IMG/VR virus record: IMGVR_UViG_3300036760_000193
Location: 27,395 to 91,394 of that record
Origin: a virus
Taxonomy: Duplodnaviria; Heunggongvirae; Uroviricota; Caudoviricetes
Length of the DNA: 64,000 nucleotides
Direction: 5' to 3' (one strand)
The notes beneath the pieces were generated by a model. That model did no database searches. It saw only the letters and a list, made by a program, of their open reading frames with translations, and was not told the DNA's origin. The stretch's first letter is position 1; each line of letters opens with the position of its first letter. This document shows positions 45,699 to 53,938 of the stretch, one piece after another. Position numbers and translations under genes: made by a program.

Positions 45699-45701
45699 TA
45701 C

Positions 45702-46334
45702 TTATTTGAACGCTGGCTGATTCTTTTCCGCCCATGCCCAAACCTGTTCTTCAGAAACTTTGCGACCCAATTCCCGTTCAAGGTCTTGCAACTCGCGGTT
45801 CAGCCGCGCTCGACGGGCATTGACCTCACGAATTGGCAATTCCCCATCGCACGTTAGATTCTCAGGCGACAAGGCACCGAACACATCTGTCAATTGGTTC
45901 ATGATCTCTGCCTCAGTACGAGGGGCTTTCTTGATGCCCACAGTCTGCACAACGACCTTGGTATCCTCTGCGCCAACCTTCGTAAGAAACAACGTCTTGG
46001 CTCGATACTTCTTTGACAATGGGGAATTAAAATCACGGGTAGGAATAATGATAGCTGACCCACGCTTGGTGAACTCAACAATCTTGTACGTCTCTGGATG
46101 CCCCGCTAGTCTGACTTCATCCCCCGCCAATAGGCCAGAATAGTGAGACGTGATCTTATTGCTGGCTTGGTACTCCCCCGCCTTAGACGCCACAATGAAC
46201 TTAACGCGCCCCGTCACGTCCAAGTCACTGTACCGCAAGTTACCAGTCTGGAACACGAACCCGTTAGCTTCTGCGACCTTCTTAAGAGCCTCATTGATCT
46301 CTGCGTGTAACTTCTTGACCGTTGATCTTTCCAT
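45702..46334 (-). CDS. hypothetical protein (210 aa)
   Basis: Minus ORF. Confidence 0.45.
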   Translation of the reverse strand: MERSTVKKLHAEINEALKKVAEANGFVFQTGNLRYSDLDVTGRVKFIVASKAGEYQASNKITSHYSGLLAGDEVRLAGHPETYKIVEFTKRGSAIIIPTRDFNSPLSKKYRAKTLFLTKVGAEDTKVVVQTVGIKKAPRTEAEIMNQLTDVFGALSPENLTCDGELPIREVNARRARLNRELQDLERELGRKVSEEQVWAWAEKNQPAFK

Positions 46335-46345
46335 AATGCCCCCTT

Positions 46346-46606
46346 TTAACGTGTCGATAGTGGTGCGCCCATCGTTCCGGCTTTTACGTCAAACCGTGAC
46401 GGCACCACATTGCCATACGCATCCTTAAATCGTTTCTCTCCAAGCTCACACTGCCCCGCCCGAAGAAGCTCCATCGCCCGACGGCCATACGACCCTTGGA
46501 AATGCCACACAGACCCGTCGTTAATCATCCGCTGAAACATCGCCACTTCATCTTGCTCGTCTTGCTCCCCGTTTTCATGCTCGATGATTTCGTTGATGTT
46601 TTCCAT
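46346..46606 (-). CDS. hypothetical acidic protein (86 aa)
   Basis: Trimmed to ATG 46606 (AAGGAGA SD); the table start 46642 lies inside promoter P11. Confidence 0.45.
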   Translation of the reverse strand: MENINEIIEHENGEQDEQDEVAMFQRMINDGSVWHFQGSYGRRAMELLRAGQCELGEKRFKDAYGNVVPSRFDVKAGTMGAPLSTR

Positions 46607-46632
46607 GATGTTGTCTCCTTTTTGCGTACTTA

Positions 46633-46661
46633 AGTATACCATGAAAAGGATAAAAAGTCAA
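46633..46661 (-). promoter_or_regulatory. sigma70-type promoter P11 (TTGACT-17-TATACT)
   Basis: Plus agtata 46633-46638, agtcaa 46656-46661. Confidence 0.55.
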
Positions 46662-46690
46662 GAGAAATCTTGTAACAAAGTTGTAACAGT

Positions 46691-46876
46691 TTAATAAACC
46701 GTCAGGACACTGATCTCAATATCTTTGCTCAGTTCAGAAGCGACCTGCAATGTGTTCAATTCCTCTTCGTCTATGGCGGTCTTGCCCGTCACTGCCGCCA
46801 AAAGAGCTTTGCTGGCGTCCCCTTTAGGATAGAGATAGCCGTTCACTGCAACCAATTTCAGTTTCAATTTAGACAT
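46691..46876 (-). CDS. hypothetical protein (61 aa; MSKLKLKLVAVNGY...)
   Basis: ATG 46876 with GGAGGT SD; table ORF 46691..47074 trimmed because it reads through promoter P12. Confidence 0.45.
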   Translation of the reverse strand: MSKLKLKLVAVNGYLYPKGDASKALLAAVTGKTAIDEEELNTLQVASELSKDIEISVLTVY

Positions 46877-46903
46877 GATAACCTCCGATTTGAGACTTAC
46901 TAC

Positions 46904-46932
46904 AGTATACCATGAAAAGGACAAAAAGTCAA
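46904..46932 (-). promoter_or_regulatory. sigma70-type promoter P12 (TTGACT-17-TATACT)
   Basis: Plus agtata 46904-46909, agtcaa 46927-46932. Confidence 0.55.
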
Positions 46933-47129
46933 GGCTTTTTAACACCACACTTGCCACACTTGCCGTCGATGGTCTTGGTAGCACAGAAGCACCCATCCTT
47001 GCACAGCGACACTTCAAAGTCTTTGAAGAATACACGCTTAATCCAATCTGCCGCATCATAAGCCCCAATCTCATTGGCCTTGTCTAGGACGGATGCCATC
47101 TGATCGTAAAGGCTGTCTTGCCGTGGCAT
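46929..47129 (-). CDS. hypothetical Cys-rich protein (about 66 aa)
   Basis: Trimmed to ATG 47129; CKDGCFC...CGKCG motif. Confidence 0.35.
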   Translation of the reverse strand: MPRQDSLYDQMASVLDKANEIGAYDAADWIKRVFFKDFEVSLCKDGCFCATKTIDGKCGKCGVKKP

Positions 47130-47130
47130 A

Positions 47131-47388
47131 TTATCTCTCGAAGGGCACCAGAGTATTTGGCCGCTTCTTCTCAATGTAATTGGTGCCATTAGAATTGACT
47201 ATAGATAACGAAACGAATTTGCCATTATTTACAACAGACCCAATGATATAACGATAGCCACAGTTGTAAATGCGCTTCTCCCCAGGAACTAAGTCTTTGG
47301 CGGGTTTCGCTTCCACCCAGCCGATCTCCTGCAACCACACCGCAGGTTCCGAAGGCTTGAATTCTTTAGGATTGCTATATATTCTCAT
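47131..47388 (-). CDS. hypothetical protein (85 aa)
   Basis: ATG 47388 with AGGAGGA SD, downstream of promoter P13; the table start 47550 lies upstream of the promoter. Confidence 0.45.
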   Translation of the reverse strand: MRIYSNPKEFKPSEPAVWLQEIGWVEAKPAKDLVPGEKRIYNCGYRYIIGSVVNNGKFVSLSIVNSNGTNYIEKKRPNTLVPFER

Positions 47389-47415
47389 GGTATCCTCCTG
47401 TTTGTTGCGTAGTAT

Positions 47416-47444
47416 AGTATACCATGAATTGAGGAAAAAATCAA
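47416..47444 (-). promoter_or_regulatory. sigma70-type promoter P13 (TTGATT-17-TATACT)
   Basis: Plus agtata 47416-47421, aatcaa 47439-47444. Confidence 0.5.
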
Positions 47445-47923
47445 GGGTTTTTTGGATATCTTCGATGTGGTCTTTTGGCTTGTTTAGAAGCTTTTTTCTT
47501 AGATTTGCCCTTACTAGGGTTTCGGGGGTTTCTTTTAGATTTAGCCTCAAGCTTTAATGCTATACGAATCTTGCGATAGCATACCAATAAGGCGTCTGAA
47601 ACGTAGGGTTGTGTGACTTTAGATTGACGGGCAATTTCATTTTCTAATAGTCCAAATTTGTAACGCAATATAAAAATTTGAAATTGTAAGTCTGTAAGGC
47701 AGGATGCTGCTGCTTTATAAATATCTTCGGACATTTGGTCACGGCGTTTTCTATCAATAAGAAAGGACTCATCAAGTACGTTAGATTTAGAGAAACGTTC
47801 CTCATGTTCTTTTAGGAATATCTCAAGCTCCGCTGGCGATACGTGGACTTCTACAAAATCCAAGTCATATCGTGGACGCCGATCATCCCAATACTTCTCT
47901 CTTATCCATTCTTTTTTTTTCAT
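47441..47923 (-). CDS. sigma-factor region-4-like / ECF-like transcription regulator (160 aa)
   Basis: LTDLQFQIFILRYKFGLLENEIARQSKVTQPYVSDAL resembles a sigma-70 region 4 HTH; basic tail. Confidence 0.4.
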   Translation of the reverse strand: MKKKEWIREKYWDDRRPRYDLDFVEVHVSPAELEIFLKEHEERFSKSNVLDESFLIDRKRRDQMSEDIYKAAASCLTDLQFQIFILRYKFGLLENEIARQSKVTQPYVSDALLVCYRKIRIALKLEAKSKRNPRNPSKGKSKKKASKQAKRPHRRYPKNP

Positions 47924-48453
47924 TCTTTAATAACGAAACATGATGCAGGATCGACTTCGGCCAATACATCACGGCCAAAGACTGACACTTCTACGACTAC
48001 TTTATCCTTCTTCATATATTGAATTTTCCCAACGATACCTAAAAAAGGCCCCGTAGTGATCTCTACCTTCTGACCTATTTCAAGTTCATATCTATCGGCA
48101 ATGGATTGTGGGCTGCTTTTATCATCAGCAACCTTTCGGATGTGCTTCATTTCACTGTCACTTAAAGAAGCAGGATAGGAGCAACCAGGATGCTTAAGAA
48201 GATGCCCACCACAAGAGGTTTGGATCGCCTCTTCCACTTGTCCAGCTTCTATATCGACATTGATAAAGACGTAACCTGGAAACAAGGGGCGCAACAGTTC
48301 TCTGTTTTTACCTCTAATCTTCAAGTAGACTTTCTTCTCTGGAATCCAAACCGCTGAATCCAATACTACCGATTTGATCGCTGCTGGTAGCGCAGAGATA
48401 CGCTTTTGATCTCCAACAAAAGCGACGTACCATTTTTTGTTTGTGTCATTCAT
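47920..48453 (-). CDS. NusG/Spt5-like transcription antitermination factor (177 aa)
   Basis: N-terminal NGN-like KKWYVAFVG; C-terminal KOW motif IGQKVEITTGPFLGIVGKI. Confidence 0.5.
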   Translation of the reverse strand: MNDTNKKWYVAFVGDQKRISALPAAIKSVVLDSAVWIPEKKVYLKIRGKNRELLRPLFPGYVFINVDIEAGQVEEAIQTSCGGHLLKHPGCSYPASLSDSEMKHIRKVADDKSSPQSIADRYELEIGQKVEITTGPFLGIVGKIQYMKKDKVVVEVSVFGRDVLAEVDPASCFVIKE

Positions 48454-49166
48454 TACGAACTCCTTCCATTACTATTTAGCTTGATTACTTCAAGCTTAAA
48501 AAATTCATCGCGGCCACGTTCTCTTAGAAACTTATCGGGATCAAAGAACAATGGTAACTTAACATGAGAGAAAGACAATGCCAACTTAGGGAACTTCTGT
48601 ATCAATCCTTTCTTACCTGATCGTCCTGTTATTCTCTCAATCAACTTCTCTCCAGCTGTATCGCCATCTGGAACCAATAACACTTCGTCAACGAATCGGG
48701 ACAAGATGCTTAACTGTGTAATGCTCAATGTTGATCCAAGCATACCCACTACATTCTTCACACCACTTTGGTACATCATCAACGTATCCACGTTGCCTTC
48801 AACTACATATACTTTGTTCTCTTTAATGCACTCAGCCAGTGTAACACTTAGGCCATACAAGTGATCTGTTTTTTGATAAACAGTATTCACATACTTTAGG
48901 TCGGCATTGCTTTTGTAGTTTAATTTACGTCCTGATACTCCAACCATCCCACCATACACATTACAAACAGGGAACAAGGCCGTGTCAAAAAACTTGTAGT
49001 CCAATTCTAGACTTTGGTCTGGAAAGTCTGAATCCGAATATATATTACCCTTACCATCACAGTAAGCTAAATGAAACTGACGAATCGTTTCATCGGTAAG
49101 ATGTCTCTCTTTCTTTAAGTATTCAAATGCTGGTAACATTAGATTGAACACGCTCCAGTCGTGCAT
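48453..49166 (-). CDS. DnaG-like DNA primase, TOPRIM domain (237 aa)
   Basis: TOPRIM motifs VYVVEGNVD and LVPDGDTAG. Confidence 0.55.
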   Translation of the reverse strand: MHDWSVFNLMLPAFEYLKKERHLTDETIRQFHLAYCDGKGNIYSDSDFPDQSLELDYKFFDTALFPVCNVYGGMVGVSGRKLNYKSNADLKYVNTVYQKTDHLYGLSVTLAECIKENKVYVVEGNVDTLMMYQSGVKNVVGMLGSTLSITQLSILSRFVDEVLLVPDGDTAGEKLIERITGRSGKKGLIQKFPKLALSFSHVKLPLFFDPDKFLRERGRDEFFKLEVIKLNSNGRSS

Positions 49167-51022
49167 TGACTCTCTGCTGCTTTGCTCTCGTTCTCTAATT
49201 TCAAGGCTTGTTCCAAAGGTACTGGCTCCATCGGTTGATTACCTCTAGCCCCGTCTGGGTATAGAGTAACTCCCTTGATGCCACGTCGCAAGGCTTTTGA
49301 TACAGCCATCTTAACCTTTGATATATTGAACGTCCCCACCTTGGGAAGGTTTATTGTCTTGGACACTGAGTTATCTACAAATGTCTTTTGCGTCTTGATC
49401 TGGATAGCCAAATGCTGTTCAACCGTTAATGAAAAGCTATCTTCTACCTTGATACCTTTAGTTAAGCACTCCTTAGCCAATGGGTCTATGAACACTTTAG
49501 CATCCAACTTCTGGTCAGGCCCTCCTGTATAGTAATTCCTCTTATAGGCCGCACAGAACATAGGTTCAATCCCTGACGTAACTCCGATCATAATTGAAAC
49601 TGTACCCGTTGGGGCTACGGTTGTAACCGTTTCAGGTGCATTAATCCTGAGCTTTTTAGCGTACTTATTGGCATGTGCCCTGATACGATTGTACAACTCT
49701 ATAAAAAACTTCTCTTCTTCTTTGTCTATTATGAATGACTTACCTCTTTGAACTAACCACGTATGAAGCCCCAGGATACCAACTCCGATCCGACGATCTT
49801 TGTCTACTCTCTCACTGAACTCTGGCAATGGGAACTTCGACTTCAAAGTTCCATTTATCAGCATCTCTGTAAGTATAATAGCTGTGTCCATGATTTCATC
49901 AAAGGATTTATGTGCTGCCAAGTTAATGTGTCCAAGATTACAATTCCCATAAGCAGGTAGTGACTGTTCTCCACAAGGATTAGTTGCTATCGCTTCTGGT
50001 ACAGTTTTCCTGGCAAGCTCTATGTTCCACAATCCAGGTTCTCCATGTGTACACGCATGTTTGATAACTTTATCAAAAAGCTTATTGGCCTTTGTACCCT
50101 TGTTCTTGGATTGCTTGACAAAGGTGTTGTCGATGACTACCGATATGTTCATGCCTTCCAGGTCTCCATCTCTATCTTTACACGTTACAAATCTGTCAAT
50201 AGAATCATGTTGCCAATGGAGCATTGACATTTGGGCTGACCGCCTCTGTCCACCCGAACTCACCCCACGGCCAATGAAGTTTGCAATCTTCATCCAATCA
50301 ATAGGCCCTAACGTTCTCTTTTTAAGATAGCATCGCATGATGGAATTGAACAGCCCGTCGATCATCAAGATCAAAGACTCAGGCCCAGCCGATACTCCAC
50401 CCAAAGATTTTATAAGTGTACCCCTGGGTCTAATGTGACTCAAATTTAGAACTACCTCTTTACATTCCAACAACCCGTTAGCTGACTTAAGCAACGCTAA
50501 CCCCCATCCTTCTCTGGAATCTTCTACTTGGAATCCGACGTTGATGTCTTTACCGTTCTCTTCTGGATTCTCTTTAATCATGTATGGGTATTGGTTCATA
50601 AGCAAAGTAAAATCTGGATGACTCCTTGAAATATAAAGCTCTGGATAAAATGGCATACTCTTTTCAACCCTTGTCGTCGGATGTATGATGCCAGAATAAT
50701 TAACTCCCACACCACCACCCGTCATCAATGTAATACATAGATCGTGACAGAACTTCCCAAGTCCTTTATCAGTTGGGATAACGAAACAGTTGTTGATCTG
50801 TGGATAGTCTTTGCCAGCATTAGACCACCACCTACCTGCTGGAACCAATTTATGTTCCAAAAGTAGCTTCTCTATATGCCGTCTTTGTTCGTCTGTTTCC
50901 CCACCAAAAGTCGCTACTCTCTTACACGCTTCTTCAAACGTTTCCAATGGCTTTCCGTGCTCATCCCGTAAAGCATATGATCTATTGAAGATAGTTTCCC
51001 CTAAAGGGTTTTTCCACTCCAT
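49139..51022 (-). CDS. nrdJ: ribonucleotide reductase, probably class II (B12-dependent, NrdJ-like, 627 aa)
   Basis: NPCGEQSL active-site motif; C-terminal Cys pair (CTTGACSI); no nrdB-like gene in the window. Confidence 0.65.
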   Translation of the reverse strand: MEWKNPLGETIFNRSYALRDEHGKPLETFEEACKRVATFGGETDEQRRHIEKLLLEHKLVPAGRWWSNAGKDYPQINNCFVIPTDKGLGKFCHDLCITLMTGGGVGVNYSGIIHPTTRVEKSMPFYPELYISRSHPDFTLLMNQYPYMIKENPEENGKDINVGFQVEDSREGWGLALLKSANGLLECKEVVLNLSHIRPRGTLIKSLGGVSAGPESLILMIDGLFNSIMRCYLKKRTLGPIDWMKIANFIGRGVSSGGQRRSAQMSMLHWQHDSIDRFVTCKDRDGDLEGMNISVVIDNTFVKQSKNKGTKANKLFDKVIKHACTHGEPGLWNIELARKTVPEAIATNPCGEQSLPAYGNCNLGHINLAAHKSFDEIMDTAIILTEMLINGTLKSKFPLPEFSERVDKDRRIGVGILGLHTWLVQRGKSFIIDKEEEKFFIELYNRIRAHANKYAKKLRINAPETVTTVAPTGTVSIMIGVTSGIEPMFCAAYKRNYYTGGPDQKLDAKVFIDPLAKECLTKGIKVEDSFSLTVEQHLAIQIKTQKTFVDNSVSKTINLPKVGTFNISKVKMAVSKALRRGIKGVTLYPDGARGNQPMEPVPLEQALKLENESKAAESQCTTGACSI

Positions 51023-51161
51023 TGCTATACTCCTTATTTCTCAATCAAATTATTATATTTTTCTTGTTCTTCAACTGTCATAGTGCGGGTCTCTAACGTA
51101 TCGACGTTAAGAACCGTTTGCTCTTCCAGGTTGACGAACTCTCTTATGATTTTAGGTTTCT

Positions 51162-51590
51162 TCATTTTCTTTTCCTTAGTTTTGTTTGTGGTTGTGTTTT
51201 TGTTTCTCTACCCATATCTTGTTCTCTTCCTATGTATTCTACAAAAGTGTCTCCACGAACCAATTTCAACTTAGCCAGTCGTGCCTTGTATCCCAGGGCT
51301 TCATCAATGCGTTCCCAAAGTCGTGTCGCTATCACCTCTAATGTATGTGGAAGATAAGCCAACCCCTTGATTTCATCTAAATCTTTGCCGTTCACATCTT
51401 CAATGGCGTTCTCAACTGCATTATCTAGCTCATCTAATGGTAGCACTTCCCCTGTTAATGTATCTAGACGCCCTGACCTACTCTCAACAAATACAATCAA
51501 TCTATGTGCGTTGTCCTTCTTTGGTTTGAGAATGAGATTGAAATAGTATTCTTTACCTAGAACTAATTTCATTCTTTGCACCCTGCACAA
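51162..51590 (-). CDS. hypothetical protein (142 aa)
   Basis: Minus ORF. Confidence 0.4.
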   Translation of the reverse strand: MCRVQRMKLVLGKEYYFNLILKPKKDNAHRLIVFVESRSGRLDTLTGEVLPLDELDNAVENAIEDVNGKDLDEIKGLAYLPHTLEVIATRLWERIDEALGYKARLAKLKLVRGDTFVEYIGREQDMGRETKTQPQTKLRKRK

Positions 51591-52264
51591 TACTTGCTCT
51601 TACACTTCTGAGGAAGTCTCTTGGTTGTTTCATAATTTAAGACATATTCTTTAATTTCTTTAACCTTATTAAGAACATTATTCAATCTAACTTTGTCTAT
51701 GGGGATATGAAATTCCATGATATCCTGATTGTTCTTATTCTCGTAAAATACAATGGCTCTTGGAATATCCGTCATGAACATGTACAAATGAACTTGATCT
51801 AAATAGTCCTCACTTGGCGTTGATAATTCTTGGAACAGTTCTTGCTTGATTGATTTAAGTTCAAAGATATAAAGAAGGCCGTCTTGTCTATTAAGAATTA
51901 CAGCATCTGGTGCCCCACGCAACCATAACTCTTTGTTCTCTATGGTGCGCTCTATGAATGGTTCATGGTCTATAACTACCGCGCAACCCATCGCTGGTAT
52001 GTAAGTTTTCAAATATCGCTTGTGTACTGAATTGCCCATATCAAAAGTCCGTTGCTGCTTTGGCTCAGCTGGTGAATCCTTTACTTGATTCAATATAAGA
52101 CGAACGATCTTCCTAGTGCATTGTCCAATCTCTGACGGACGTATAGTGCGCTTTCGTTCATAATTGGAATTGGCTGAAGACTTGCTTTCCAAATATGTGT
52201 CCAACTCATGAGAAAACCAACCCTTCTCCATCTTTGGCGGTCTCTTGATGATCTTGATTATCAC
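51569..52264 (-). CDS. PD-(D/E)xK nuclease, Cas4/RecB-like exonuclease (231 aa)
   Basis: D...YIFELKS core; C-terminal Cys cluster CKSKYCAGCKE plus an N-terminal Cys (Cas4-type Fe-S arrangement). Confidence 0.45.
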   Translation of the reverse strand: MIIKIIKRPPKMEKGWFSHELDTYLESKSSANSNYERKRTIRPSEIGQCTRKIVRLILNQVKDSPAEPKQQRTFDMGNSVHKRYLKTYIPAMGCAVVIDHEPFIERTIENKELWLRGAPDAVILNRQDGLLYIFELKSIKQELFQELSTPSEDYLDQVHLYMFMTDIPRAIVFYENKNNQDIMEFHIPIDKVRLNNVLNKVKEIKEYVLNYETTKRLPQKCKSKYCAGCKE

Positions 52265-52773
52265 TTTAGTTCTCCAATTTGATACTTAATAAATTTAGGT
52301 AATGATCTCTTTAGGATGCCAAGCTTCCAAACAAATCTTTTTTTCCATGTACCCCAACGTTCATTTATAATCTGTGCCGCTTCTTCCAAGGAATAGGCAA
52401 TTACATCATCTTCAAATACCGTAATCATATGTGGAGAAGAACCAGGTCTATACACTCTGATGACTGGCTTCCATAGAAAGAACCTAGCGTACCCAAGTTC
52501 TCTCAAAACGCCTTCACTCTTGCTCTCAGGTGTTATGTCTATCACAACATGGGAACGTCGGATAGCTCTCTTGTCATTGTTCCAAGCTATCAACCCATCC
52601 GCTCCTGGCTTGTTTGGGATAACGTCATCCGTGTTTGGAATGTTTTCCTCTATCACAGGGTCTATTGTCGTAATCCCATGACGCCCAAGAATTATCTCAG
52701 TAATCGTAGACTCATTCCACAACTCTGACCCTGGCCTATTGGTCATAGCATGTGCGATATAGGCGTTTAACAT
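52261..52773 (-). CDS. hypothetical protein, possible nucleoside 2-deoxyribosyltransferase-like (170 aa)
   Basis: Weak N-terminal AYIAHAMT resemblance only. Confidence 0.3.
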   Translation of the reverse strand: MLNAYIAHAMTNRPGSELWNESTITEIILGRHGITTIDPVIEENIPNTDDVIPNKPGADGLIAWNNDKRAIRRSHVVIDITPESKSEGVLRELGYARFFLWKPVIRVYRPGSSPHMITVFEDDVIAYSLEEAAQIINERWGTWKKRFVWKLGILKRSLPKFIKYQIGELK

Positions 52774-53402
52774 TAAACTAAGCTCACTTTTGCTTCAACG
52801 GTATTGATAATGAAATTTAGAATCTGCTCAATGGGGGCGTCACCACGTACACCGTATACATGCCACTTATCACCATAGACTGTCTTGAACCTATCATACT
52901 CACTACGTACAATATTGATGAAGTCTAGATTAGTCATCTTCTCTGGCTGTTCTGTTTTTTGATGTCTCACTTGAAGAACATCATTAGACACGTCAAATAA
53001 AAAGGTCACTGTGGGGGTAAAAAAATTTCGTAACATGGTGTCCATGACACTTAAAAACAAGAAACTATACTTGTCAACATCTATTGCATTGTAAGCAAAA
53101 CACGATGGTAAGAATCTGTCAATCAAAATGATACTTTGTCCGATGTATGGCTTAATATTCTTGTAGAAATTATTGACTTGCCATGCCATATATTCAAAGT
53201 ATCTGGTATTAGCATTTGATAAATCGAACCATTCCTTGTCATGTGATTCTAAGAATACTGGATATGGTATGGAATCTACCACATGCACAGTTTCTCCTTG
53301 CTTTTCATAGAACTCCTTTAGGTGGTTCAGAGCGTAGGTCTTTCCTGATCCGTCTAATCCCTCGAACAATATGATTGGTTTGTTTTCCATAATTCTCCTC
53401 AT
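52773..53402 (-). CDS. tmk: thymidylate kinase-like dNMP kinase (209 aa)
   Basis: P-loop ILFEGLDGSGKT typical of thymidylate kinases. Confidence 0.65.
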   Translation of the reverse strand: MRRIMENKPIILFEGLDGSGKTYALNHLKEFYEKQGETVHVVDSIPYPVFLESHDKEWFDLSNANTRYFEYMAWQVNNFYKNIKPYIGQSIILIDRFLPSCFAYNAIDVDKYSFLFLSVMDTMLRNFFTPTVTFLFDVSNDVLQVRHQKTEQPEKMTNLDFINIVRSEYDRFKTVYGDKWHVYGVRGDAPIEQILNFIINTVEAKVSLV

Positions 53403-53938
53403 TTTCCAGATGATCCGAAACCACCTTGGCCTCGGTCACTGTCTGACAATTTATCGCTCTCCACCAATGTCACTTGCGGTGTTGGTAGGATGAGTGCCTG
53501 ACAAAATTTGCTCCCCGCTTCTATAATGAAGTCTTCATACCCATTGTTATAGGCTATGACCAATACTTCATTCCTATATCCTGAATCTATAATCCCAAGA
53601 TGATTTTTAACCTGAACTTTAGCATACGATGATCGCGTATGTACTTGCATGTGCCAACCCGTAGGAATTTCAAATGCCAATCCAGTGCGAACCATGCGCC
53701 ATTGCCCTGCTGGAATGTAAGTTCGTTCTAAGGCGTACAGGTCTATCCCAGCGTCGTCACTGTATGCTTTAGTAGGAATCATTGCTTTGGGGTCTAACTT
53801 TTTGAAGTGCAAAGTTAAGTTGTTCCGTTGATACACTTTACCCATGAATCCATCTATATCTCCCATGATGAGAGACAGAAACCATAGTTTTAATTTCCAC
53901 ATATTCTTACCTAGCGACCAGTTCTTTCTTAAATTCAT
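53399..53938 (-). CDS. dut: dUTP pyrophosphatase (dUTPase)
   Basis: dUTPase motifs AGIDL, GIIDSGYRNE and C-terminal RGQGGFGSSG. Confidence 0.75.
   Translation of the reverse strand: MNLRKNWSLGKNMWKLKLWFLSLIMGDIDGFMGKVYQRNNLTLHFKKLDPKAMIPTKAYSDDAGIDLYALERTYIPAGQWRMVRTGLAFEIPTGWHMQVHTRSSYAKVQVKNHLGIIDSGYRNEVLVIAYNNGYEDFIIEAGSKFCQALILPTPQVTLVESDKLSDSDRGQGGFGSSGK

Noticed and set aside
46691-47074. The 127-aa ORF as listed
   Set aside because: The listed N-terminal extension reads straight through promoter P12 (46904-46932). The real gene is the 61-aa 46691..46876, with a GGAGGT SD.
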